This document shows positions 1-11,170 of a stretch of DNA of 64,000 bases, piece by piece. The position numbers and the translations under genes are program-made. The notes under the pieces were generated by a model that was not told the origin of the DNA, searched no databases, and was given only the letters and a program-made list of their open reading frames with translations. The DNA comes from Paramoeba atlantica (taxonomy: Eukaryota; Protista; Discosea): the NCBI GenBank assembly GCA_977017575.1, contig CDRNVI010000054.1, forward strand, positions 558,001 through 622,000, given 5' to 3'. Position 1 is the first letter of the stretch, and every line of letters begins with the position of its first letter.

Positions 1-1
1 C

Positions 2-637
2 CTGGAGCAACTCCAGCTCCACAGCTACCCCACGATTCTGGGGGATGGCTTCACCCTTTCCCATCTCCCCAGGTCACTCCGTAGGGTCGATGTGGTGCGC
101 ACCGGGTTATCGGGTTATCCCCTACCCCGTAAAAGTTCACATCACCCGCAGCTCACGGAGCTACGCCTCCAGGAGGCGAAATCCTCTGGGGCTCTTGATC
201 TCTCCGCCCTTCCGGTGAGTTTGCAGCAACTCGGGCTGCGGATGAATCGATTTACCGGGCCCCTTTTTCTTACGAAAGGGTTACCCCCGTCGCTCTGTCG
301 GCTCGACCTGTCAAGGAATAAGTTTACGGAGGGGCTGGAGTTAAGCGGGATGCCGTCGTCTATGGTCCTGTTGAATTTATTCGGCAACGCGCTCTCGGGG
401 TCGGTGACCTTTCCGGGTGATTTTCCCCCCTCGATGCTTTATGTGGATTTGCGGAGGAATGCGTTCGAAGGGGTTGTGGATTTTGGGGAAGTTCAGGAGC
501 ACAAGATGCTGTATATGGAATGGAGCGAGGATAATGGGGTGTTGCTGAGGGGGAATAAGTTTACGGATTGGGTTCCGAAAAAGAAATTTCACGGAAGGCT
601 CCCTCGAGGTGTTGATTTATACTGTGGTTTCCATTGA
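2..637 (+). CDS. LRR protein, divergent family member, 5'-partial (frame open from window edge)
   Basis: Repeats such as LCRLDLSRNKFTEGLEL, MVLLNLFGNALSG and MLYVDLRRNAFEG. The frame upstream of the track start (92) stays open and reads LEQLQLHS...LPRSLRRVDV. Confidence 0.65.
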   Translation: MEQLQLHSYPTILGDGFTLSHLPRSLRRVDVVRTGLSGYPLPRKSSHHPQLTELRLQEAKSSGALDLSALPVSLQQLGLRMNRFTGPLFLTKGLPPSLCRLDLSRNKFTEGLELSGMPSSMVLLNLFGNALSGSVTFPGDFPPSMLYVDLRRNAFEGVVDFGEVQEHKMLYMEWSEDNGVLLRGNKFTDWVPKKKFHGRLPRGVDLYCGFH

Positions 638-1094
638 ACTTTCCCCTCCGCGGAATTTTGAGTTTTTTTGCCCGTTTTAGCTCATTTTTGTTGCAAACGA
701 GAGATTTCGTTCCCCCAGTCATCAAACGCAATGAAAACAATCCATAATTCGAGAGAAAGTAATTTGACAAAGCGTAAACAAACAAAGTGCAGAAATATTT
801 TATACGTTCCAGAAAAATGACCCAAGAAAGCATGTGTTTTGGTCCCAGGGGGTATGGGAGGGTCCCTACAAAAAAAGGGCAGCAATGTTCTTCACCAGGA
901 AAATGAGATCTATCAAATGCTGCAAAAATGAGAAAAAATGAATAAAAGAACTCAAAATTCCGCGGGGCGGAAGATATCTTGAAACCACTGTAGGTAGTTC
1001 GAGCTGGACGTAGGAGGATTTGTATTTCTGTCTTTAGACGCTCAAATCGAAAAGGAGTTCTTGTGTCTTTTGGCACTCAAATTTTCGAAGCAGT

Positions 1095-1390
1095 GAGCTT
1101 GAAATTGGTTGTAGCCGAATTGGCAATCCGTGGTTGAGAACTGTGCGATTTCTTCTTCCTTCTTCATCGGCCTTCATAGAACGAGGAGGTAATCTTCAAC
1201 GTGAAGGGAACATTGTGGAGGTACTGTTTTGTTTGAAGTTCTCACGAAAAATCACACAAAACAGCACCTTCATAATGTTCCCTTCACGTTGATTACCTCC
1301 TCGTTCTATGAAGGCCGATGATGAAGGAAGAAGAAATCGCACAGTTCTCAACCACGGATTGCCAATTCGGCTCCAACCAATTTCAAGCTC
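1095..1390. repeat. Long foldback inverted repeat (arms ~125-135 bp, short loop)
   Basis: gagcttgaaattggtt...gggaacattgtg (1095-1217) is a near-perfect reverse complement of cataatgttccc...aatttcaagctc (1271-1390). Confidence 0.9.
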
Positions 1391-1567
1391 AACCAAAAAT
1401 TAACATATCATGATTTCTTTGCATTTTAGTTACTGGGGTGGGGACACCTTGAACTGCACTGTGGTTTTGTCTTGTTTTCAGAGAGCTGTACACAGATACA
1501 GCTGTATCTCTACTGTAGTTCAGCTCTCTGGATACATTACTGTACATTCCTTTTATATTTTGACTTC

Positions 1568-2440
1568 ATGAGATTTACGGTAGTTCTGTCCGATGCTGAT
1601 GCACCGCCACGGAAGCGGCAAAAGCAATCTGCTTCTTCAAACACTGCCACGTTCCCCTCGCGTACATCCAAAGTACGAGGCGCTACCCTGCCACAGGAGT
1701 ATGAGTTAGCTCGATTTCTTACAAACATTACCTCTGGCATGGAATCTGGACCTTCCGTATTTGGAAATACATCATTGCCTGCGTGTGAGTGGGAAGGTGT
1801 GAAGTGCTCTGGTGCTGATAAAATCATCGCTATCATGTGGGATAACCGAAAACTATGTGGTACGCCGCAATGGGAATATTTGCCACAGACTCTTACAGGC
1901 TTTTTTGCGAACAGCAACCGACTCGGGGGAAAACTGCCACTCGACGTCGTGCCTCGGAATTTGACGTGGTTGGACCTTCATAATAATGTGCTCACAGAGG
2001 AGTTGCATCTACAAGATCTTCCTCGACAAATATTTCAGCTTGTGTTGCACAAGAACGATTTTACAGGAAGGCTTGATCTCACCTGTCTGCCGGAACCCCT
2101 AGATGGGTTTTCGATTGACGAAAACGCGTTATATGGCGAGCTGGATCTGACACAATTAGCTCCGCATCAGAAACATATTTCCTTGGGTCGCAATCAGTTT
2201 ACAGGAACTCCGGATCTAAGACATTTGTCATCTGCACTAGAACAATTATACTTACAGGAGAATCAATTTTATGGTTCAGTTACCTTTGATTGTCTCCCAA
2301 CGAAAATGGAGTACTTGTGGTTGTTTGAGAACAAAGAGCTTCACGGCAAATTCCACGAAGACGAATTACCCCTCCGCTTGCGTGACGGATCGTTCAAGTA
2401 CTACAATACGTGTATTCGAAACCTGGATGTTGATTTTTAG
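1568..2440 (+). CDS. LRR protein with LRRNT_2-like cap and basic NLS-like motif
   Basis: ATG at 1568; PPRKRQKQ, SKVRGATLPQEYELARF and LPACEWEGVKC, then about 7 LxxLxLxxNxLxG repeats of 23-24 aa. Confidence 0.85.
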   Translation: MRFTVVLSDADAPPRKRQKQSASSNTATFPSRTSKVRGATLPQEYELARFLTNITSGMESGPSVFGNTSLPACEWEGVKCSGADKIIAIMWDNRKLCGTPQWEYLPQTLTGFFANSNRLGGKLPLDVVPRNLTWLDLHNNVLTEELHLQDLPRQIFQLVLHKNDFTGRLDLTCLPEPLDGFSIDENALYGELDLTQLAPHQKHISLGRNQFTGTPDLRHLSSALEQLYLQENQFYGSVTFDCLPTKMEYLWLFENKELHGKFHEDELPLRLRDGSFKYYNTCIRNLDVDF

Positions 2441-2653
2441 ATTGCTTGGGTATTCTTAGTTTCAAATAAATCACATATCAAAGACCCTTGATATGTGGGA
2501 GAATATAATGATATTTGTATTGCAATACCGCGTACACTTGGGTGGCATGCGATAATTTTGGGAGGGTATTTCTCGTACGCACACATATTTAGCGTGTGAT
2601 TTGTACCCCAGAGTACAACGTCTTCGGCCGGATGTGCTTCTTCGAACTTCCGG

Positions 2654-3013
2654 ACAGCAACTGGAAGCCGCCATTGAGGGGTCTTTCCTTAAATTGAAAC
2701 AGACCCACTCTGCAACGGTTCAGAAAACCTTGAAGAGTTTCAGGAAGCGTTGTGAAATTGTTATTAGTCGGAACGGGGGGCACTGTGGTTACTAATTGTC
2801 TTTTGCAATCCAAATTACAGAAATTATTGACATCACTAAAGTATTACAATATGTGTTTTTGACCCTTACACGAAGGCGGGTACCCCCAAACCTCGGAAGC
2901 TACCTATCCTAAAACATACAACTCTGTAAAAGCTATCCAATGCGCTATTTTTTTCCAAAATTGGACAACTTTTACGAATTTTGGACCCCCCCACCTTTAG
3001 ATTCGCACCCCTG
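2654..3013 (+). mobile_element. Tc1-like transposon 3' remnant with right TIR
   Basis: Encodes ...QLEAAIEGSFLKLKQTHSATVQKTLKSFRKRCEIVISRNGGHCGY*, near-identical to the C-terminus of 11466-12587. Ends ...cgcacccctg|TA. Confidence 0.85.
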
Positions 3014-4307
3014 TAGATCGTCTATCAGGCTACCAGGGAGAAAAGAACCTCTCCGTTGGTAGAATTTCTATTTGCGCTGTGATCGCAGCAGTTCCTCCTG
3101 AGTCGCGTTATTCGAAAGAATTATCGGAGAGGACTCCCGCTTCGATGAGCCCTCATCGGAATCTGCACTCGTAATGTAGACACAACTGGTGGTGAAGAAT
3201 ATCATCAGAGCTGTGTACGTGTTGTTTTAGAAGAGTCTCGACACTTTCCATCGGGTTCGACTGGGCGACAGATTCATGGAGCTTATCAGGTCTTGCTATT
3301 TTGTTTCCTTCTCTTTTTCTCCTATTTCTTCTGTTTCGAAGTCCCGTCTTTCTGACCTGATTGTTTCCATTGTTTGTTTCAGGAGTTCCATTATACCGAT
3401 TAGCCAGTACACCGATTAGTTGTAGTTCCAGTAGTGAGTTCCAGTATTGCATAGTAGTTCAAATATACCGATTGGTCACATCTAATATAGTTTTATCGTA
3501 CTTTTTCCAAACAAGGTTGTGTGACTTCTTCACAAGTTCCATAGTGACCTCTCTGGTTATCTTCTTCAGCTCCCCTTCGTAAAATCTTTTGAACTGACGA
3601 ATTATAAATATCATGCACTTGAATAGTGTAAGTGTACCGCCCAGGAATGCGGTGCAAGTCAAAATTCGTTGGGAAGTTTTCTTCTTCCTTCGCGGCGCAA
3701 GTTTTTCTCTCTTTCATTATCTGCTAGTATTGGTCAGTCTGTATTTTTGTATTTTTACACGAAATAATTTTCGAACAAGATATCTAGAACATTGAGTGTA
3801 ATTCTGTACGGAATAGTCGAAACTTTCTGTTCCTGTCGCCAAAAAAATGCGAACTAGAGACTCACCATTGTCCTTGTGTAAGCGTAAGTCTAACGGAGAT
3901 GCTAACATACAAAACGTAAGCTTGTGATTACAGAAGCAGTATCGTTATCGCTGGTGATAAATTGTTTTCTCTCGCTTAGACAGACGCATATACCCCCGCT
4001 CTAGTTTTTTACAATTTTCAGGAAGGAGGAGAGAAGAAAGGGAATCATCGGGAACGATACCATTTTCCGGAAGAGAGAGATGAAGGGAAGTCAACGAAAG
4101 GGTTACCATTTTCCGGAGGGGGGAGATGAAAGGTATTGGCTGGGAGGGTTAGTCATCATACATCGCCCGCCATCGGCTCCTACCTCGGAGAACTATCAAC
4201 GCAAAAGAGTAACAAATGTGTCAAATGTTGTGTAATAATATGTAATGTTCTGCAGCAGGTTTCATCCCTCGTACATGCACATTGTTAATGCGTAGTCAAA
4301 CTTACAA

Positions 4308-5000
4308 TTGAACAACATTTATTGCACTAATAATTCGACCCTTAGGGACCAGTTTTGGACAGCTAGATTTTCCATGGACGACAACTACACAAACGAGCGA
4401 AGTACCACTCATCGCCCAGCCAAAGTGAGAGGCGTTGCCGTGCCTCAAGTCTTTGACATGATGAGGTTTGTAAGCGGACTCCAGCTTCCCCGTAACAATT
4501 CGAGGTTCTCTGGTTCGTCCTGGAGCACAAACACATCCATTTGCAAGTGGAAGGGGGTCTATTGCGATAAACAAGAAAGGATATGTGCCATCTACTTGTG
4601 TAACTACGAACTTCGTGGAAAGTTGAATTGGGAGCACCTACCTTTAACGGTGCTTACGTTGAGTCTTTCGCGCAACGATTTAGAAGGAGAAGTTCTTTGG
4701 GAGCAGCTGCCGGCTCCGTTGAAGTCCATGCATCTCGGTGAAAATCAATTTACGGGTACTCCAAACTTACTGTGCTCGCCGCCGATGCTCAAAACGCTCC
4801 AGCTTCACGACAACCTTTTTTCCGGGGTCGTGGAGTTCTCGTCGCTTCCCCCGCATTTGCGGTCGCTAGATCTGCACAATAATCCTGACTTGGAAGGAAA
4901 GTTTGATTTTAAGAATCACGTAAATCTCAGCAATGTAGGGGACTCATCTTTTCCACAGTTCTACTTTAACATGGACGGGACACGGATCACAATCATATAA
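4308..5000 (+). CDS. LRR protein
   Basis: AKVRGVAVPQ, WSTNTSICKWKGVYC cap and about 5 LRRs. The true start may be the ATG near 4373. Confidence 0.85.
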   Translation: MNNIYCTNNSTLRDQFWTARFSMDDNYTNERSTTHRPAKVRGVAVPQVFDMMRFVSGLQLPRNNSRFSGSSWSTNTSICKWKGVYCDKQERICAIYLCNYELRGKLNWEHLPLTVLTLSLSRNDLEGEVLWEQLPAPLKSMHLGENQFTGTPNLLCSPPMLKTLQLHDNLFSGVVEFSSLPPHLRSLDLHNNPDLEGKFDFKNHVNLSNVGDSSFPQFYFNMDGTRITII

Positions 5001-5226
5001 ATACGGTGCCCGTAAGTATTACAGGAACCATACCAGGTAACTTAAAGGAAAATAATTACTAAAGGAAAATTGTAGTTGTACCCATCGGTGTTCGATGGTA
5101 TGTCTCGAGAGAGAAGCATCAGGCAGTTCTACTGTAACTGTACTACCATTGTATATTTATGGTGTTCTACAGCACTTGTATGCTAGCATATTTTTGTGCT
5201 ATATTCTAGTGTTCCGAATTTGCTGC

Positions 5227-5994
5227 ATGTTTCCCCTGGTGTTTTCGCACGATTCTCCCGAAATTCTGGCTAAACGACGTAAAATCAGCACCACCGATGG
5301 ATCGACATTACACTTTAACCGGACCTCGTTAATACGAGCTGGAAGGATAAGTCAGGCTACTCTACCAGTAGAGTATCAACTGGCACGACTGGTGCGAGAT
5401 TTCGAGAAGTTGCACGATTCCTGGAGTACCGACACCCCTGTGTGTGATTGGTACGGTGTAAAATGTAACGAAGACGATAAGATGACTGAAATTGATTGGG
5501 ACGAGCAGAAAATATCTGGCCCGTTGTGTATTCAATATTTCCCACAAACTCTTGTCCTGTTCAGCGGGAGAAGGAACGCCATGACCGGACATATCGTACT
5601 GAGCGATCTTCCGTTAAAACATGAGGCATTAGACATTGCGCAGAATCAGTTTCAAGGAGAACTGGACTTACCATCTCTTCCGCAAACCATGAAATCGCTT
5701 TTTCTGAACAATAATATGTTTACTGGCGAAATTGGCCTCACAAATCTTCCTCCACACTTAGAAAAGTTTTCGCTCTCGTTTAATCGACTAAGTGGGACTC
5801 TCGATCTTACCTCCCTTCCTTCGACTTTGAAGTTCATGGGATTGACTTGCAATATGTTTTCAGGTATTGTTGACCTAACGCATTTGCCACGCTCTGTCAA
5901 AAAGGTGTTCCTAGTGGGTAACTCCGATCTACTGTGCCGCAAGAAACACGAATCAGAGTTACGCTCTGCAGTAAATTTTGGCTTCGGTGCTTAA
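5227..5994 (+). CDS. LRR protein with NLS-like motif
   Basis: ATG at 5227; LAKRRKIS, ATLPVEYQLARL, WSTDTPVCDWYGVKC and about 6 LRRs. Confidence 0.85.
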   Translation: MFPLVFSHDSPEILAKRRKISTTDGSTLHFNRTSLIRAGRISQATLPVEYQLARLVRDFEKLHDSWSTDTPVCDWYGVKCNEDDKMTEIDWDEQKISGPLCIQYFPQTLVLFSGRRNAMTGHIVLSDLPLKHEALDIAQNQFQGELDLPSLPQTMKSLFLNNNMFTGEIGLTNLPPHLEKFSLSFNRLSGTLDLTSLPSTLKFMGLTCNMFSGIVDLTHLPRSVKKVFLVGNSDLLCRKKHESELRSAVNFGFGA

Positions 5995-6444
5995 TCCCTG
6001 ACTCTTTAGAATTTTATTGGAGGTATTGACATCAGTGAAGTCTCACTCAAGGAGATTAATCACCGTCTCAAAGTCTGAATAAAACAATCTTTGAGTTACA
6101 ATAAAAGTCTGACCAGAACGGCCTTTTGTTTCATATACTGTATTTACATGTGAGGGGCTGCGGGGGAAATCTCGCGAAACCTCGTGAAACCTCGCCATCC
6201 GCAGCCTCTCATGTATTTGGTTTCACACTTCTGAAGTGTATAAAACTTTCTGAAACTACAATCTGAAGTGTATCAAAAAGATATAAACTGAAGTTTATTA
6301 ACTGAAGTCTTCAGTCGGAAAATGAGGTATGTAACCCGGGGTGCGGAAATATATGAGTGTAGGTACACTATACATGTATAAGTGTATACATGTATAAGTG
6401 TAGGTGCAGTGAGCACAATAAGGTCGATGAACGGGACGCCGCAA

Positions 6445-6590
6445 CGCATTAACAAGGGAGGTCGCCCTAGAAAGCTCTCTGAGACTTCGATAAGACGATA
6501 AGAGCGTCTAATTCAGAGCCGGGCGGAAAGGACTGCTGTGGGAGTGCGGAATCGTTTCTGCCGTGAAGGCATCGGCAATGTTTCTTTCAA
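6445..6590 (+). mobile_element. Degraded Tc1-like transposase N-terminal fragment
   Basis: Translates KGGRPRKLSETSIRR*ERLIQSRAERTA, with a GRPRKLS motif typical of Tc1 N-termini. Confidence 0.35.
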
Positions 6591-7043
6591 TTTTGACCTT
6601 GTTGAACCCCTCCTGCGCGTACCAGGGGGGGGCGTGGAAAATTATCGCCGCGGCATACTCTAACACTTCCCTGCGCTTTGGACCACCGAGCCCCCTAATA
6701 ATTTTTTTTCTTTTATTATAACTGTGTTTCTCTTTGTATTTTCACTGTTTTTGTTCATTTTTTTTCAATAATCGAGGGTAGAGCGGTAGTTATACAACCA
6801 CCGCAATACATATTAAGTAGAGTAATATCTTTTATAAAACATTTTCTTACAACAATGTTCAACATGAGAAAGTGTAATCCGTTTCTTGAGATACTCTATA
6901 TACTTAGATTTACGTAATAGATCATCTGTATGATACAGATATGTTTTATTTATAATACAGATAAGTATACATCTGTATATAATTGATCGTTACAACTTTT
7001 ATAATAGATCGTTACAACTTTAATACACGTAATAGTAGTCTTA

Positions 7044-7736
7044 ATGGCTCATCCTGGAAATGATCTGCACGCTATTTTCCTCATGAGCGCCGATATCTCA
7101 TATCGTGCAAGCAAAGTTCGTGGCACTGTGTTACCACAGGAATACACACTGTCTAGATTTGTGAGTAATCTAACGACCAGACAAACATCATGGAAAGAGA
7201 CCACTCCCGCTTGTGAGTGGCGATAAGTAGTATGCAATGAGGAAAAACAAGTGATATCTCTACAGTGGGAAAACACAATGTTCGAGGGGGATATCTTTGA
7301 TGACGATTACATACCAGACTATCCTGCGTTGGCAGGTGAACTCCTGTGGGAGTACATGCCATGTGCGTTAATTTCCTTTACTGCGTACCTTCAGGATTTA
7401 GTAGGCCCTGTTCAACTTTCTGTACTACCAAATTCTTTAAAAAAGTTTGATATTTGTATGATCAAATGTACCGGGCTCTTAGATCTGGTACATCTGCCCA
7501 GCACCTTGGAATATTTGGATTTAAGTTTTAATCAATTTGAGGGGGAGATTGATCTAACTCAGCTTCCCGGATGTCTAAAGCATCTGGACCTAAGTTCCAA
7601 TTATCTCTGTGGTAGTTTGGACTTGACCCTTGTCTCCGAAAATGTGCACAAATTCGTTCTGTCAAAAAATTACTTTGCTAAGCCGCACGTTGTGCCTAAA
7701 AATGTAGAATTTGGAGATCAGAAAGATGACGAATAG
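7044..7736 (+). pseudogene. LRR gene with one in-frame TAA (7224-7226)
   Basis: ORFs 7044-7226 and 7251-7736 are in the same frame: ACEWR*VVCNEEKQVISLQW. The paralog at 26718 has ACEWKYVECNPDKQ. Confidence 0.85.
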
Positions 7737-8387
7737 TCATTAGTCATTATTCAGCGAACCATCCTTCGTATGTCTATCAGTGGAGGGCGGCACTTATTAG
7801 ATCGTACGAAAATAAATTAAATCAGGTATCTTGCGTTCAAACTGTACGGTACGGTCTGAGTTTGGGTACAGTCTGTGCCTAAAATGACCATTTTCACCTT
7901 TTATCTTTAAAAGACATAATTGTTAAAAACTATATTTTCAAAAAGAATCAAAGAATAGATTTTTCTCAATTGATTAGCGGTACTTGAACCACATACTACC
8001 AACTTTTTACGCCATTTGTCTGTGGACTACTCCGGGTGGATTGGCGTTTGTCACATCCATATGCTAATAATGGTCGAAAATGTGGTTTTCTGTCTGAGGA
8101 ACCACTTTTTCAGAGAGCAGACATGCTATGCTCTCGCGTGGAGTAGTTCCTCGGAAGATCGAATGTTTCAAAAGACTGGCAGTCGGATCGAAATGCCCCC
8201 TAAAAATTCTGGAATTCGATAACCTTTTACCTCTAAACTGCAATATTGCGTTCGGCTCCTTGTAACGTAGCAATGCAAGCTCGTCGATGTATTCATTCGA
8301 TATAGTATAAGGATAATTCTGAAATTCACCATATTTTGGCTATTTGAGGAGGTTCGCATTTTATCTTGTTTCTTCTTTTCCGTTCTC

Positions 8388-9128
8388 ATGTTTCCAAATG
8401 TTCATCTCGCCGACATCTCAACGACACGTCTCGGTAGAGTCACCGCGGGGGTTCTGCCACAGGAATATCAACTCGCAAAACTCATTCAGAACATCTCGAA
8501 CCCGCGTCCGTCATGGAGTGCACAAATCCACGCATGTAACTGGCACGGGGTCACTTGTGTGGACCAGCGTGTTCGTGAGATTTCCTGGAGTGCGAACCCC
8601 TTTGGTTATTCACCTCCACTGAGCGGTTCGCTCGACGTGATCCATCTTCCGGTCTCGGTTACCAAGTTTTTCGTATCTCATCAGGGGTTAAAGGGTGAGG
8701 TAACATTGGGTCATCTTCCCCCTACCCTTTCAGACATAAGTGTGTGGAATAATTTGTTTAGTGCAAGTCTGGATCTGCCGGCTCTACCCCCGAGCATGAG
8801 GCAGGTGGATATGGGGAAAAACAAGTTCGTTGGAAATATCTGTTTAAGTGAGCTTCCAGTGGAAATTGAGAAACTGGATCTTTGCCATAATTCTCTTACC
8901 GGAGGTCTTGAGTTGAACGCACTTCCGCACGGCATGCAGATCTTGTCTCTCCACCACAACCTCTTTTCAGGGCTGATTGATTTCATGCACCTTCCCCGAT
9001 CGCTGTTCTGCCTGGACGTAAGATGTAACGAAGCGTTATGTGCTGAAGTAAAGAGGTCAGAACTTCCGCAGCACGTAATTGATAACCCGTTTCGTCTCCT
9101 GAGTACGAATATTGTTCTTATTAACTAA
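8388..9128 (+). CDS. LRR protein
   Basis: GRVTAGVLPQEYQLAKL, WSAQIHACNWHGVTC and about 6 LRRs. Confidence 0.85.
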   Translation: MFPNVHLADISTTRLGRVTAGVLPQEYQLAKLIQNISNPRPSWSAQIHACNWHGVTCVDQRVREISWSANPFGYSPPLSGSLDVIHLPVSVTKFFVSHQGLKGEVTLGHLPPTLSDISVWNNLFSASLDLPALPPSMRQVDMGKNKFVGNICLSELPVEIEKLDLCHNSLTGGLELNALPHGMQILSLHHNLFSGLIDFMHLPRSLFCLDVRCNEALCAEVKRSELPQHVIDNPFRLLSTNIVLIN

Positions 9129-9666
9129 GTTATGGTGTTGAGAGATATGAGAATGTATTCAAAACGTAAACAAGGGAAGCCATATACAGTGGAAAACTTT
9201 TTCTATACTTGATACAACAGAAAAATATTAAACTTAAATATTAACAACCTAAATATAAATATAATTCTTCTTGACATCTACTGCTCATCATTCCCTTTTG
9301 CTTTTCCTTATTCTTCCTATCGGGTTTGTTTTTCACTTCTAACTCATTGTTACCCTAACCCATTGTTCCTAACTCATAGTTCAAAGTGGTCAATGCTCCA
9401 TGTCCACACCACAGTACATAAAGAAACGAATTTCAGAGCTTTGCGATAGCACGTTTTCCTCTCAACTGCGCCACGAGGGTGTTGCTGATAGTTGTAGCCC
9501 ATTGGAGTACACGGGGACGAAACATGTGATCTCCAACACGCATACAGCATACGGCTTCGAGCTCTTCATAAATCGGTATTAATTAATACCCTTTTTTCAT
9601 GTCTGCGTGAAAAAATTTTATTTGAGAGGTTGTGCAGTTATCTTAACGAAATACGGGAGGGAAATA

Positions 9667-10236
9667 CCGTGAAGGTACTTATTAACGGAATAAAAATCAT
9701 TGGAATAAAAATTAACGGAACAATAATTAACGGAATAATTATTATTTTTTAGATTTTCACCGAAATCTTCCCAAACATTTTTATCGGTGGTCGGTCTGTT
9801 CATCAACAAAATTCAAAATATTTCTCTCCGGAAGAAAAAATACGACGTCACCGCGAAAGTATGAATTGATTACGACGTATCCGCAGAAGTTACAAGATAG
9901 ATGTAATGAAAGGTTTTATCCAACCAAATCACGTTACTGATATTGACTAAGGCTTTGATATCTTTAAGAACGTTTAGTATGTTTTCATATCATGTTTACT
10001 TGGGTTTTTTCCGCTCATTTCTAAGGTTGGCCTTGTTTTTCCGTCATGTAAACATACGTAATTGGATTTCTTAATATGTTTTGAAGATTTTTTGAAAATC
10101 TTCTCATTAATGTTTTCTCTTGACGCTTAAATTTTGTTACGAATTTCGCAAAAAACATTGGAATAATAATTAACGGCATAATTTCCTCCCAAAAAAATCC
10201 GTTAATTATTATTATTGATAATTAGTACTTTGACGG
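9667..10236. mobile_element. MITE with TA flanks
   Basis: TA|ccgtgaaggtacttatt ... aattagtactttgacgg|TA imperfect TIRs; internal attaacggaa repeats. Confidence 0.5.
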
Positions 10237-10797
10237 TAAATTTATATCACGCGCATTTGATACGCTAAAGGGGGTCTCACATTCGATACGGTCATTGGTT
10301 ATTCGCAAATCAAATAGCGCTTGTGCAAACTTTTCGTCCTTCTTTACAGCCCTGTATGCACCCACGCAGCGGGCAGAGGTTGGATGAATGGGAGCGTAGG
10401 ACGCCTACCTCCATTTCCGTTTCATACCGGGCGAGCCGGAAGAGAATTTAATTCGGTTAGCACGCATACAACGTGTCTACCGAAAGTCTAATCATTCTTC
10501 GCGTGGTTCATCGGACCATGCGGGGTCCTCGCGCCGCGTCCAGATCACATAACTCCCGAAGATTGCACTTCGGATCATGTGCTGTACACAGGAAGATGCC
10601 TCTTCTTCCCCATGGAATGGGACACTGACTCGTGAGGAGGTCGTGTTAGGCATTAAACACGCTCCTATTTCAAAAACTATCGAACAGCAGGGTACTTTTT
10701 CTGCACGAGGCTTGAACATTAACTGGTTGTATTTGTTTCGTTTGCGCCGATGCGCCTCAGCGAGGTTCTCTTCCCAAGGTATTGTGAGTTCGATAAT

Positions 10798-10912
10798 TAA
10801 TATTTTTTCCCTTTGGTCCTCACCACGTACGGTGTCCCCGGCCCCGGGACTCTGGTACAAAAATGGTACTGTAGGGGCGTGCGCTAATGGGCTCGGGGGA
10901 TGACAAAAAAAA
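10798..10912 (+). mobile_element. 115-bp retrocopy of the CRE-like element 3' end with A-tail and 8-bp TSD
   Basis: Matches 31765-31991 with an internal deletion, ends gggggatgacaaaaaaaa, and is flanked by TCGATAAT at 10790-10797 and 10913-10920. Removing it restores EYIIELTIPW in the host. Confidence 0.85.
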
Positions 10913-11170
10913 TCGATAATGTATTCGCATACATTCTTGAGTTGCACCCAGCCATCTGGCCGCAACAACGATAGATCGTTTACCATCCAGTCCGGGGGGT
11001 TGCGCAGTCCCGGAATGTCAAAGTTGGCTTTCGAAGTGTACGGAAACTTTAGGAGATGAGTCGCGAGCTCTTGAAGCAGCAGATTATGTCGATAGGAGTA
11101 TCGTCCTTGTTCCAAGGATACGGTAGAGGAGGAGAGGACGTGACGCGGTGTTTGTATTTCTCTAGAACAT

